A stretch of 44,107 nt of DNA from Akkermansia muciniphila (GTDB taxonomy: Bacteria > Verrucomicrobiota > Verrucomicrobiia > Opitutales > Opitutaceae), in the NCBI GenBank assembly GCA_945874545.1, contig CAMCHD010000001.1, forward strand, positions 1 to 44,107. Reading direction: 5' to 3'. Below, piece by piece: positions 19,412-28,631 of this stretch. Both the position numbers and the translations under genes were made by a program. The notes below the pieces were generated by a model that worked only from the letters and a program-made list of their open reading frames with translations, ran no database searches and was not told the origin of the DNA. Numbering within the stretch: position 1 is the stretch's first letter; every line of letters begins with the position of its first letter.

Positions 19412-20098
19412 ATGATCAAAAAATCCTGGATGGCCCTCGCCTTGGCGGCGGTCGCGATCGCGCTCGGTTGGTGGTGGTTGGAAAAGGCCACCCGCCCGGC
19501 TCCGGCGGAGGCACCGGGTATCGCACTCCAGCCGGTGGCGCCCGCACCCGCGCCGCCACCGCCGCCGGCGTTCGATGCGGCCTCGGCCCCGACGGTGCCA
19601 GGCAGCCTGGCCGACACCAGCGCGGCCGACGCCCCGATGGCCACCCTCGGCGGGGAGGTGGATCCCGAGGCTCCGCCGACCCTGGGTTTGCCGACGGCGG
19701 GAGACATCCTCGCCGAGCCCGGCGACGACTACGTGAAGATCGCCAAAAAGCTGGGCGCCCTCGCCCTCGACGCCCGTGCCCCGCTGGAGGAACGTCGCGA
19801 GGCCTTGGCGCACGCCCTTAATCTCTCGGTCGGAAACGAGGCCGAGGTGCTTACGCCGCTGGTCAAGGATCCCCGCCTGCCGGACGAGTTGGCCGAAGAC
19901 ATCCTCTCCGAGGCGCTTAATCGTCCGCTCGCCTACCAGGCGGATCTTTACCTGGAGGCGCTCACCTCCCGCACCACGCCCGAATTATCGACCCGTATCC
20001 GCGAACACCTCGCGTTTCTCACCGACGGCCCCGACCTCGGACCTTCCGCCGTGGCGTGGAAGGAGGCCATCGCCAAGGCCAAGGCCACCTGGGAGTGA
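19412..20098 (+). CDS. Hypothetical membrane-anchored protein (N-terminal TM, Pro/Ala linker, helical C-terminal domain)
   Basis: GC-rich coding-like codon pattern; MIKKSWMALALAAVAIALGWWW anchor; no family recognised. Confidence 0.7.
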   Translation: MIKKSWMALALAAVAIALGWWWLEKATRPAPAEAPGIALQPVAPAPAPPPPPAFDAASAPTVPGSLADTSAADAPMATLGGEVDPEAPPTLGLPTAGDILAEPGDDYVKIAKKLGALALDARAPLEERREALAHALNLSVGNEAEVLTPLVKDPRLPDELAEDILSEALNRPLAYQADLYLEALTSRTTPELSTRIREHLAFLTDGPDLGPSAVAWKEAIAKAKATWE

Positions 20099-20176
20099 CC
20101 CCGCGTCACGGCGTGCCTCGGTGAACGCCCGCCTCGCTTGCGCGGGCCGGGCCGGATCGGCCGCGTTCCGACCGAC

Positions 20177-21562
20177 TTAGGTCGGATCCTGAAACGGGTA
20201 GAGCGCCCCGAGGCCGAGCAGGCGGGTGAGGGCGTCGAGCGCGCGGCGGGATTCCTCCAGCAAGGCGGGATCCGCGAGGTCGGCGGGGGCGAGTGTCTCG
20301 CGGTAGTGCTTTTTCACCCACGCGACGAGTTTGGGGTAGGTGGCGTCGTTTATCCAAATGCCGGGCGGCAGCGCGGCGCGCTCGGCGGCGGTCAGGGTGA
20401 CGCGCAGGCGCAGGCAGGCGGGGCCGCCGCCGTTGCGCATGCTCTCGCGCAGGTCGAAGCAGTGGACGGCGGTGATCGGGTTGCGCGGGTCGGCCACGAG
20501 GTCGTCGAGGTAGGCGCGGACGGCGGGCAGCTCGCGGCACTCGGCGGGGGCGATCAGGGCCATGCGACCGGGCGCGAGCGTGACCAGTTGGGAGTTGAAC
20601 AGGTAACTGCGGACGGCGTCCGCCAGCGAGACGCGACGGGCGGGCACGCGAAGGCTTTGCAGGTTTTGCCCCGGGTGTAGGGCGGCGTAGGCGGCGCGCA
20701 GGGCGGCGACCGCGCGCGGGCCGTGCGCGAAGGCCTTTTCGTGGTGCAGCAGCACGTCGTCGTTGCCCACCGCGATCACATCGTTGTGGAAAACCCCGGC
20801 GTTGATCGCGGCCGGGGCCTGTGCGAGAAACGCGGTCTGGGCGCGGGGCAAATGGTGGGCGCGGGCCACCGCCGCGGACGCTTCGAAGGCCTGGCGGGAG
20901 GGAAAACGCAGCCGCGGAACGCCGCCCGGGGCGGGCTGGGTCAGGGCGTGGTGCCCGTGGACATAAACGTGCAGGCCGCGGTGGGCGGCGGAGGGGGCGA
21001 GGCGGGTGTGGTTGGCCGCGCCTTCGTCGCCCAGGCCCTGGGCGGCGGGCACGGGCGGGTGGTGGGCAAAATGCTTCCCGGCGGAAAAAATCGCGCGCAA
21101 GGTGCGGCCGGTCTGGGCGGGTTCGAGGGAGCGGTGGAGTTTGGCCGCGAGGTTCGCGGGCGTGAAATGCACCCGGCCGTCCGCCGCGTCGGCGGACGGG
21201 GTGACGGTGGCCGCGTTGGCCACCCACATCGCCGAGGCGGAGCAGGCGGCGGCGAGCAGCGCGGGGGCCTCGCGGGCGGCGGCCGCGAGCACGTCGGCGT
21301 CCCTTTTCCCGTCGAAACCGAAGGCGCGCAGCGCGGGCAGGAAAGGGCGTTCGTGGGGCGGGAGCACGGCCTGGGGCAGGCCGAGGTCGGCCAGGGCCTT
21401 CATCTTCGCCAGGCCCTGGAGCGCCGCGTCGCGCGGGCGCGACACCGCGCCGCGATGGGCGAGCGACGCGACATTGCCGTAGGACAAGCCGGCGTAGTTG
21501 TGGGTCGGGCCGACAAGGCCGTCGAAGTTTACCTCACGGGCGGTGGCGGTGGGGGAAGGCAT
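20177..21562 (-). CDS. astB: N-succinylarginine dihydrolase
   Basis: [76 protein letters not shown]. Confidence 0.97.
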   Translation of the reverse strand: MPSPTATAREVNFDGLVGPTHNYAGLSYGNVASLAHRGAVSRPRDAALQGLAKMKALADLGLPQAVLPPHERPFLPALRAFGFDGKRDADVLAAAAREAPALLAAACSASAMWVANAATVTPSADAADGRVHFTPANLAAKLHRSLEPAQTGRTLRAIFSAGKHFAHHPPVPAAQGLGDEGAANHTRLAPSAAHRGLHVYVHGHHALTQPAPGGVPRLRFPSRQAFEASAAVARAHHLPRAQTAFLAQAPAAINAGVFHNDVIAVGNDDVLLHHEKAFAHGPRAVAALRAAYAALHPGQNLQSLRVPARRVSLADAVRSYLFNSQLVTLAPGRMALIAPAECRELPAVRAYLDDLVADPRNPITAVHCFDLRESMRNGGGPACLRLRVTLTAAERAALPPGIWINDATYPKLVAWVKKHYRETLAPADLADPALLEESRRALDALTRLLGLGALYPFQDPT

Positions 21563-21572
21563 CGGAGTTAAA

Positions 21573-21599
21573 CCACGAAAAACACGAAAGACACGAAAA
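21573..21599. repeat. Three copies of a 9-mer (MCACGAAAR) between astD and astB
   Basis: CCACGAAAA ACACGAAAG ACACGAAAA. Confidence 0.7.
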
Positions 21600-21611
21600 T
21601 GGCGGGCGCGC

Positions 21612-23012
21612 TCAGGGATTGAGGCCGGGAGGGAGATTGGTGGGGACGGCGAGCGCGGGGGTCTCGATGCTGGCGACGGGAAAGGAACAGTAATCGGCGG
21701 CGAAATAGCCGCTCGGGCGGTGGTTGCCCGAGGCGCCCACGCCGCCGAATGGAGCGGCTCCGCTCGCGCCGGTGAGGGGTTGGTTCCAATTCACGATCCC
21801 GGCGCGAATCTCGGCGCGGAAACGCGCGTAGAGCGCGGGGTCGTCGCACAGCAGGCCGGCGGCGAGGCCGTAGGCGGTGCGATTGGCCTCCGCGATCGCG
21901 TCGTCGAAACTCTTCACCCGGATGACTTGAAGCAGCGGCCCGAAAATCTCCTCGTCCGGCAGGTCGGGCAGGCCGGTGACGTCGATCAAGCCGGGGGAAA
22001 GCAGGGCCGGACCGAGCGGGCGGCACGGGATGAGCGGGAGCGCGCCGGCGAGGAGCAGGCTGTGTTGGGCGGCGAGCACGCGGGCGGCGGCGGCGGACGA
22101 GACCAGTGGTCCGAGAAAAGGCTCGGGGCGGTCGGTCGCGGGTCCCACGCGGAGGTTGGCCAGCAGACGGCCGAGATGCTGCAGCAGGTCGTCCCCGGCC
22201 ATGCCGTCCGGCAGAATCAGACGGCGGGCGCAGGTGCACCGCTGCCCGGCGCTCAGGTAGGCGGACTGCACCACGAGCAAGGCGGCGGCCCCGAGGTGGA
22301 AGGGGTTCCAGACCACGAGCGGGTTGTTGCCGCCGAGCTCGAGCGCGAGGATCTTCCCGGGGCGCGCGGCGAAGCGGGCGGCGAGGGCCCGTCCGGCGAG
22401 GCTGCCGCCGGTGAAAAACACGCCGTCGATCCCGGGGTGGTCGGCCAGGGCCTCGCCGGCGGCGCGGGCGCCTTGGATCACGATCAGGGCGTCCTCGGGC
22501 AGACCGGCCTCGCGCCAGCACTCGCGGGTCAGCTCGGCGACGCCCGGGGCGAGTTCGCTGGGCTTGAAGAGCACGGTGTTGCCGGCCAGCAGCGCGGGCG
22601 CGATGTGGCCGTTCGGCAGGTGGCCGGGGAAGTTGAACGGGCCGAGCACCGCGACGACGCCGTGGGGGCGAAAGCGCGTGATCGCCGGGCCGCCGCCAAA
22701 CTCGCCGCAACGGCGGGCGTGGGCATCGATCGAGAGCTCGATTTTCCCGATCATCGAGCGGACCTCGGTGAGCGATTCCCAAAGGGGTTTTCCCACTTCG
22801 CGGGAGATCTGGTCGGCGAGTTCGGCCTGGCGGGCGCCGAGGCGGGCGGCGAAGGCGCGGAGCACCGCCGCGCGTTCGTCGTGCGGGCGGCGGGACCAGT
22901 CCGGAAACGCGGCGCGCGCCCGGGTCGCGGCGCGGTCGACCGCATCGGCGTCGGCGGCGGGACCGGTCCAGACCACGGCGCCGGTGGCGGGGTTGAGGGA
23001 GGAGAAAATCAT
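21612..23012 (-). CDS. astD: Succinylglutamate-semialdehyde dehydrogenase
   Basis: [60 protein letters not shown]; lies between astA and astB. Confidence 0.95.
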   Translation of the reverse strand: MIFSSLNPATGAVVWTGPAADADAVDRAATRARAAFPDWSRRPHDERAAVLRAFAARLGARQAELADQISREVGKPLWESLTEVRSMIGKIELSIDAHARRCGEFGGGPAITRFRPHGVVAVLGPFNFPGHLPNGHIAPALLAGNTVLFKPSELAPGVAELTRECWREAGLPEDALIVIQGARAAGEALADHPGIDGVFFTGGSLAGRALAARFAARPGKILALELGGNNPLVVWNPFHLGAAALLVVQSAYLSAGQRCTCARRLILPDGMAGDDLLQHLGRLLANLRVGPATDRPEPFLGPLVSSAAAARVLAAQHSLLLAGALPLIPCRPLGPALLSPGLIDVTGLPDLPDEEIFGPLLQVIRVKSFDDAIAEANRTAYGLAAGLLCDDPALYARFRAEIRAGIVNWNQPLTGASGAAPFGGVGASGNHRPSGYFAADYCSFPVASIETPALAVPTNLPPGLNP

Positions 23013-23058
23013 GAGGGAAATCCGAATGACGGAGGCCGGAGGACGAGGCCGCGGACGG

Positions 23059-24060
23059 TTAGCGGACGGGGGCGCAGGTGACGGCGGCCGGGTGGCCGAG
23101 GGCGGCGAGGGTTTCGGCCGGAAGGACGGCGGCGCCCGGATCGAAAGGGGCGAGGACGGCGCGAAAATCCAGCGCGTCGTTGGATAACAAATACAACGGG
23201 GACCCGGTGGGCGGACGGCCGACGGCGCACGGCACGGTGCGGCGCAGGCGCACCGTGCGCAGCTCCGCGACGGGCGCGCGCACCTGGGGGCCGGCGTCGA
23301 AAATATCCACCTCGGCGGTGGGCTGGAAACCCTCGGCGCGCAGGAGGGCGAGGGCGGGCTGGGTGTCGTGATGGACCTTGCCGACGACGGCCTGGACCCC
23401 GGCGGCGAGGAGCGGCACGTAGAGCGGGTGGCGGGGCATCAGGTCGGCGATGAAGGTCTTGTCGCCGAGGCCGCTGAGGATGTCGGCGGCGTAGAAATCG
23501 CCCCCGAAAAAGTGGCGTCCCACCGCCTCCCAGAACGGGGAAAGGCCGCGCTGGTCGAGGTAGCCGCGCAGCTCGGCGATCACGGTGGTGTCGAAGCGTT
23601 GCGGATGGGCGCCGATGAAGAGCAGGCGAGAAAGGGAAAGCAGCCGGCCGACGCCGCCGCGGCGGTGGTCCGGATGGAGAAAAAGCGAGCCGATCTCGGT
23701 CGGGCCGCGGTGGACCTGTTTCAGGTGCAGCACGTCGATCACACGATCGATGCCGAGCGGCGGGTGGACGTGGCGTTCGCGGCGGACTTCGTAGCTGTAA
23801 AAAGGTTCGTAGCCGCCGACGCGGGCGGCGATGCCGCTCGTGCCCACCAGCGCGCCGGTCGTGGTGTCCTCCAGCACGAACAGGTAGTGCTCGGCCCCCG
23901 GTTTTTTGACCTTGGGGGAAAAGGCGCGCAGGGAGTCGTCGATGCGGTCGCGCAGGAAGGCCTCGTCGGGCGGCAGGGTGGTCATGCCGCCGGCGATGCC
24001 CCGGGCGAGGGACACCAGCCCGGGCAGGTCGTTTTCGCGGATGGGACGGAGGACGTGCAT
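23059..24060 (-). CDS. astA: Arginine N-succinyltransferase
   Basis: From ATG 24060: MHVLRP...TTLPPD, YLFVLED, TEIGSLFL, GRLLSLSR, IAELRG...SPFWEAVGRHFF, VDIFDAGP. Confidence 0.95.
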   Translation of the reverse strand: MHVLRPIRENDLPGLVSLARGIAGGMTTLPPDEAFLRDRIDDSLRAFSPKVKKPGAEHYLFVLEDTTTGALVGTSGIAARVGGYEPFYSYEVRRERHVHPPLGIDRVIDVLHLKQVHRGPTEIGSLFLHPDHRRGGVGRLLSLSRLLFIGAHPQRFDTTVIAELRGYLDQRGLSPFWEAVGRHFFGGDFYAADILSGLGDKTFIADLMPRHPLYVPLLAAGVQAVVGKVHHDTQPALALLRAEGFQPTAEVDIFDAGPQVRAPVAELRTVRLRRTVPCAVGRPPTGSPLYLLSNDALDFRAVLAPFDPGAAVLPAETLAALGHPAAVTCAPVR

Positions 24061-24066
24061 GCGGAG

Positions 24067-24108
24067 AGGAGCCGGGAGACAGGAGCTGGGAGCTAGGAGT
24101 CGGAGTTC
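24067..24108. repeat. Degenerate 7-mer tandem repeat (RGGAGNY, 5-6 copies)
   Basis: AGGAGCC GGGAGAC AGGAGCT GGGAGCT AGGAGTC GGAGTTC in the M20-astA spacer. Confidence 0.6.
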
Positions 24109-24125
24109 GGACGCGGAAGGGCGGA

Positions 24126-25307
24126 TCAGGGGAGGACGAGCTCGCCGGTGGCGAGGCGGTGGAGCAGGAGGGCGGCCACCTGGGCGCGGGTGGAGAGGCT
24201 GGGCAGGTGGACGTATTCGCGGTCGCTGTGCAGGTGGTTTCCGATCGGGCCCAGTCCGTCGAGGTTGGGCAGGCCGGCGGCGGACAGCAGGTTTCCGTCG
24301 GAGCCGCCGCCGGTGTCGATCCAGCCGATGGGCGCGAGGCCGAGGTCGGCGGCGCAACGCCGGAGGGCGGCGAAGGCCGCCTCCTCGGCCGGTCCGCAGG
24401 TCTTGGGTGGGCGATCGAAGGCGGCCTCGATGGTGATCAGGTGGCCGTCGCGGGCGTTGATCGGGGCGGCGGCGGCGGCGAGGCGGGCGGCGAGGATCTC
24501 GCGTTGGTCCACGTGGTCGATGCGGGCGTGCAACTCGGCCACGGCGAGATCGGGCACGATGTTGATCGCCCCGCCGCCCCGGACCACGCCGATGTTGAGC
24601 AGGGCGCCGGGCAAATCGGCGGTGACGCGGTCGGCCGCGACGAGAAACTCGGCCAGCGCCACGATCGCGTTGCGGCCGAGTTCGGGTAGGGCGCCGTGGG
24701 CGGCACGGCCGCGGGAGGTGACGGTGAAGACGCCGGTGCCCTTGCGTGAGCGGACGATCTCGCCCTCGGGCCGGGCGGGTTCGAAGACCAAACCGAAGCG
24801 ACAGCGGCGGGCGGAGCGGTTGATCTCCTCCAGGCTGGCCCGGGAGCCTATCTCCTCGTCGGGCGTAATTAGAATCTCGATACCGAGGGCGGCGGCGGCG
24901 GCCTCCTGCTCGAACGCGCCCAGGGCGGCGAGCAGCACGACCAGGCCTCCCTTCATGTCGGCGACGCCGGGGCCGTTGAGCGTGTCGGCGTCGAGCAGGC
25001 GGGGTTGCTGGAAGGGGTGGTCGGCCTCGTAGACCGTGTCGTAGTGGCCGTTCAGCAGCACACGAACGTGCGCCTCCGGGCGGAGCACGAGCCGGAGGGC
25101 GCGGGCGCCGGTGCCGGGCAGGGCCGGCTCCTCGATGAGGGCGGAGGGAAACTCGGCCGCGAAGGCGGTGCGCAGCACGCCGCGCATTCGGTCCAGCCCG
25201 GCGGGGTGCTCGCTGCCGGAATTGATCGCGCTCCACGCGGCGAGCAGGCGGCGCAGCTCGGGATCGCGGGCGGGGAGGGCGGTGATGGCGGGCGGCAGCG
25301 GTGGCAT
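24126..25307 (-). CDS. M20-family metallo-amidohydrolase, first gene of the ast operon
   Basis: Metal and catalytic motifs GHYDTV, GPGVADMKGG, PDEEIGS, VFEP, GRAAH, GGGSDGN, HSDRE. Confidence 0.88.
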   Translation of the reverse strand: MPPLPPAITALPARDPELRRLLAAWSAINSGSEHPAGLDRMRGVLRTAFAAEFPSALIEEPALPGTGARALRLVLRPEAHVRVLLNGHYDTVYEADHPFQQPRLLDADTLNGPGVADMKGGLVVLLAALGAFEQEAAAAALGIEILITPDEEIGSRASLEEINRSARRCRFGLVFEPARPEGEIVRSRKGTGVFTVTSRGRAAHGALPELGRNAIVALAEFLVAADRVTADLPGALLNIGVVRGGGAINIVPDLAVAELHARIDHVDQREILAARLAAAAAPINARDGHLITIEAAFDRPPKTCGPAEEAAFAALRRCAADLGLAPIGWIDTGGGSDGNLLSAAGLPNLDGLGPIGNHLHSDREYVHLPSLSTRAQVAALLLHRLATGELVLP

Positions 25308-25334
25308 GGGCGAGCGGGGAGCGGGAGCGGGAAA

Positions 25335-25369
25335 AGAAGTCAGGAGTCGGAGGTTAGGATTCAGAAGGT
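25335..25369. repeat. Degenerate 7-mer tandem repeat (5 copies) in the ast leader
   Basis: AGAAGTC AGGAGTC GGAGGTT AGGATTC AGAAGGT. Confidence 0.5.
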
Positions 25370-25440
25370 GGGCGGGACGGGGGTAGGGAAGGGGAGGCCC
25401 GCCGACGGCGCTAGGGGGAAGCGTCGCCGGCGGGTGCGGT

Positions 25441-25456
25441 TAACACTTTAGGCGTA
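25441..25456. promoter_or_regulatory. Putative 7-2-7 regulator box (copy upstream of the ast operon)
   Basis: TAACACT-TT-AGGCGTA, 134 nt upstream of the M20 start; resembles six other intergenic copies in the locus. Confidence 0.45.
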
Positions 25457-25491
25457 TCGGGCCGTTCGCGGGCCGGATAGGATTGGCGGGC

Positions 25492-28476
25492 TCACAGGTT
25501 CCAGCGGAGGCCGAGGGTGGCGGACCAGTCGGTGAACTCGTTGTAGTCGATGCGGGACTCGGAGCCGTCGTAGGCGCGGCCGGGTTCGTTTAGGAGGTTG
25601 CTGAATTCGACGAAGACCGTCCAGTCCTTGGCGAAGCGGTAACTGGTCGTGAGGTCGAGGGTGACGGTGGAATCGAGGTATCGGCTCAGGTTGGAGTCGT
25701 AGTCGCGAAAGTCCTCGTCCACGGCGAGTCCGAGAAGGGATTCGGATCGGTAAAGGACGGCGGCGCGGGCGCGGAAGCCTTTCTTTTCGTAGAAGAGGCC
25801 GACGTTGATGGTGTCCTCGACTTGGTTGAAGAGGGGGAGATCGACATCCGCGTATTGGGCGAGACCGGTCTTAACCTGGGAGTCGGCGTAGGTGTAGTTA
25901 AAGAAGGCGCCGAGGCCGTCGAAGGGCGAGGGGAGGAAGGTAAGCTGCTGGTCGTAGCCGAGCTCGAAGCCGCGCACCCAGGCGCTTTCGGCGTTGAGGC
26001 TGGTGCGGACCATGCGGCGGTTGCCGGGGGTGGAAGGGAAGGATGGGTCGTTGAAGAGGTAGCCCTGGTAGACGTTGTCTGTCATGTCCTTGAAGAACAG
26101 GCCGAAGCTGAGGGTGCTGGCGGCGGCGAAGTAGTATTCCACGCCGAGGTCCAGGTTGGTCGCCTTGGTAGGGCGGAGGTCGATGTTGCCCTTGTCGATG
26201 ATGTCCACGAAGCCGTCGCCGCCGCTGAAGGCGGACTCGCCGTCTTGGAAGATGCCGGGGTTGAGGTCGGAGAGCCGTGGGCGGGCGATCGAGCGAGTGA
26301 TGGCAAAGCGATAGACGAGGTCTTTTTTCTGCGCGTAGCGGAGGTGGAGACCGGGGAGGAGGCTGTAGTAGTCGTTGGATGCCTCGCCATAGGGATCGGC
26401 GACGATGACGTCGCCGGAGCTGTTGGTCCGGGCGTCGGCGCCCTCGAACGAGACATCGGTGTATTCGAGGCGGGCGCCGGCGAGGGCGGTGAACTGGTTC
26501 CAAGTCTGCTCGCCCATAAGGTAGGCGGCGTGGATGTGTTCCTCGGCCTCGTAGGTCCGGGCGCGGCTGCGGAGAGCGTTGTCGGGTGCTTCGACGAGGA
26601 AGCCGTCGGCTTCGAGGCGGTCGGCGTAGTGACGGACTCTTTCTGGATCGATGTAGAAGCCGGGATCGTAGGTTCCATTTACGATGCGGTCGGAGCCGTA
26701 GGAAGCGAGGGAGGAACCGATAGCGGGGCGACCGGCGAAGCCGTCGAGGGCCCAGTCGTTGACCTGGCCGGTGGCGACGCGGAGGCGGCGGGCGCGGCTT
26801 TCGAAGTCCCGGTCGAAGAGGCGGGACTTGGCGCCGAACTTGATGAAGCCTTCGCCGCCCGAGAGGGAGGCGTCGCGCTTCAGGTCGAGGCCGCCGGCGA
26901 GCTCGTCGTCGGTGACGAAGGAGGTGCCGCGGTCGATGGAGTTGAAGAAGTAGCGGGAGGGGTCGTTTACGCGACCATCGTAGGTGGCTCCGGAAATGGT
27001 GGGGAAGTAGCCGTTTTGGGTCAGAGTCTTTGCGAAACTGGAGGTGCGGAAAGTGGCGGTGATGTCCTTGTCGGGATCGCCGTCAAAGCTGCCGCGGTTG
27101 GCGCCGGCGAAGTAGTCTAGTTTCCAGGCATCGAGTTGGGTCTCGCCGCGGAAGACGAGGTTGGAGAGTTCCTGCTTCTCGAAGAATTGGCGGACGTTGC
27201 GGTTGATTCGACCGGTGCTGGTGTAGGTGGCGTAGGTGTCGCCGTCGACGGTGCCGGTGCCACCGTCGATGAAGCCGACCTGGGTGCGCTGGCGGCCGCG
27301 CTCGGTGTCGCGGAGGCTGTAGGAAGCGTCGAGGCGGAGGCGGGTGATCTCGGAGGGGCGCCACTCGAAGGTGCCGTTGAGGCCCTGGGCGGAGACGTCG
27401 TCGAAGAAGTTTTGGAAGACGACGGCGATGGGGTAGTAGGCGCCGCCGGGGCCGCCGTCGGCGGCCCAGCCGAGGGAACTGACGCGTTGTTTGACGAAGG
27501 CGCGGTCGCGGGTGTTGGCGGAGACGGAGAGGCCGAATTGTTTCTTTTCGCCAAAGGTGAAGCTGCCTCCGGCGGAGGCTTCGTAGCCGGGATTATCGTA
27601 AGGATAGTCGTCGGAGTAGTCTTCAAGGAGGGCGGAGTAGGTGGCGGCGGCCTCAGCGAAAGCGTAGGCGCCCTCGCGGTCGAAGGGGCTGCGGGTGACG
27701 ATGTTTACGGCGCCGCCGATGCCGTCGCCGTCCTGGTCGGGGCGGAGGGCCTTGGTGACCTCGATCTGGTCGGCGCTCTTGGCGGAGACCACGTCGAGGG
27801 GGACGCGACGCGAGAGGCCGGAGAAGTCGGAGACGCTGGCCCGCATGCCGTTCACGGAAACGGCGTTGAAGTCGGCGTTCATGCCGCGGATCGTGATGTA
27901 GCGGCCCTCCGAGCCGCCGGTGTCGGTGTCGGTCTCGACGGTCACGCCGGGGAGGCGTTTGACGGCGTCGGCGATGGTCTTGTCGGGGAACTGGCCGGCG
28001 AGGTCGGCGGAGACGATGTTGACCAGGTTCTGGCTGGTGCGCTGCTGGTTCAGGGCGCGGGCCTGGCCCTCGCGGCTGCCCTCGACGGTGAAGGTGTCGA
28101 GGGTGACGACCTCGGACGAGCCGAGGGTGAATTTGGCGGGCGCGGTGGCGCCGTCGGCGACGACCACGGGGATGGTCTGGGCGGGGTAACCAAGGTAGTA
28201 GGAGCTCAGCTGGTATTCGCCGGGAGGAAGCGAAAGGGTGAAGGAGCCGTCGGGGCCGGTCACGGCGCGGGCGGACGAGCCGGCGACGGTCACCTCGGCG
28301 CCGGGCAGAGCGGCCTGGGTGGCGGCGTCGGACACGCGGCCGACGACGCGGCCGTCCGCCGCGAGGGCGGATGTAGTGGCGGCCCAGATACAGCCGGCGA
28401 CGAGGACCGGACGGGCGAGGCGAACGGCGGCGGCGGAGGGCCGGCGGCGGAGGGGAGGGGTGTTGGGGTTGGTCAT
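25492..28476 (-). CDS. TonB-dependent outer-membrane receptor with N-terminal carboxypeptidase-regulatory-like domain
   Basis: Signal peptide; GRVSDA...LPGAEV; TonB box DTFTVEG; plug motifs DAVKRLPGV, RYITIRG, IEVTK...DGIGGAVN; C-terminal beta-strand LGLRWNL. ATG at 28476. Confidence 0.93.
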   Translation of the reverse strand: MTNPNTPPLRRRPSAAAVRLARPVLVAGCIWAATTSALAADGRVVGRVSDAATQAALPGAEVTVAGSSARAVTGPDGSFTLSLPPGEYQLSSYYLGYPAQTIPVVVADGATAPAKFTLGSSEVVTLDTFTVEGSREGQARALNQQRTSQNLVNIVSADLAGQFPDKTIADAVKRLPGVTVETDTDTGGSEGRYITIRGMNADFNAVSVNGMRASVSDFSGLSRRVPLDVVSAKSADQIEVTKALRPDQDGDGIGGAVNIVTRSPFDREGAYAFAEAAATYSALLEDYSDDYPYDNPGYEASAGGSFTFGEKKQFGLSVSANTRDRAFVKQRVSSLGWAADGGPGGAYYPIAVVFQNFFDDVSAQGLNGTFEWRPSEITRLRLDASYSLRDTERGRQRTQVGFIDGGTGTVDGDTYATYTSTGRINRNVRQFFEKQELSNLVFRGETQLDAWKLDYFAGANRGSFDGDPDKDITATFRTSSFAKTLTQNGYFPTISGATYDGRVNDPSRYFFNSIDRGTSFVTDDELAGGLDLKRDASLSGGEGFIKFGAKSRLFDRDFESRARRLRVATGQVNDWALDGFAGRPAIGSSLASYGSDRIVNGTYDPGFYIDPERVRHYADRLEADGFLVEAPDNALRSRARTYEAEEHIHAAYLMGEQTWNQFTALAGARLEYTDVSFEGADARTNSSGDVIVADPYGEASNDYYSLLPGLHLRYAQKKDLVYRFAITRSIARPRLSDLNPGIFQDGESAFSGGDGFVDIIDKGNIDLRPTKATNLDLGVEYYFAAASTLSFGLFFKDMTDNVYQGYLFNDPSFPSTPGNRRMVRTSLNAESAWVRGFELGYDQQLTFLPSPFDGLGAFFNYTYADSQVKTGLAQYADVDLPLFNQVEDTINVGLFYEKKGFRARAAVLYRSESLLGLAVDEDFRDYDSNLSRYLDSTVTLDLTTSYRFAKDWTVFVEFSNLLNEPGRAYDGSESRIDYNEFTDWSATLGLRWNL

Positions 28477-28528
28477 GGTTGCTGATTTATGCACGCACAA
28501 GGTAACAGCCCGGGGCATGCCGCGGGTA

Positions 28529-28544
28529 TACGGCAAAGGTTGTA
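28529..28544. promoter_or_regulatory. Putative 7-2-7 regulator box between the TBDR and LuxR-1 genes
   Basis: Reverse complement TACAACC-TT-TGCCGTA, 53 nt upstream of the TBDR ATG, with a -10-like TACCTT 24 nt further on the minus strand. Confidence 0.6.
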
Positions 28545-28631
28545 AATGCCCGCGCGGGTGTTTGGATGGAATCGCGAGGCACGGCGGTTGCGATCGATAC
28601 GATCACCATGCCCCCAACTCTTCCCGCCGTC

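Noticed and set aside
24061-25236. Apparent 392-aa N-terminal extension of AstA (725-aa ORF), suggesting an M20-AstA frameshift fusion
   Set aside because: The extension is an alternative frame of the M20 gene. M20 has its own stop at 24126 and AstA homology starts at ATG 24060.
25398-25434. Long GC hairpin after the TBDR gene as an intrinsic terminator
   Set aside because: The stem is real but has no U-tract on either side, so it may be a stabilising or processing hairpin; not called.
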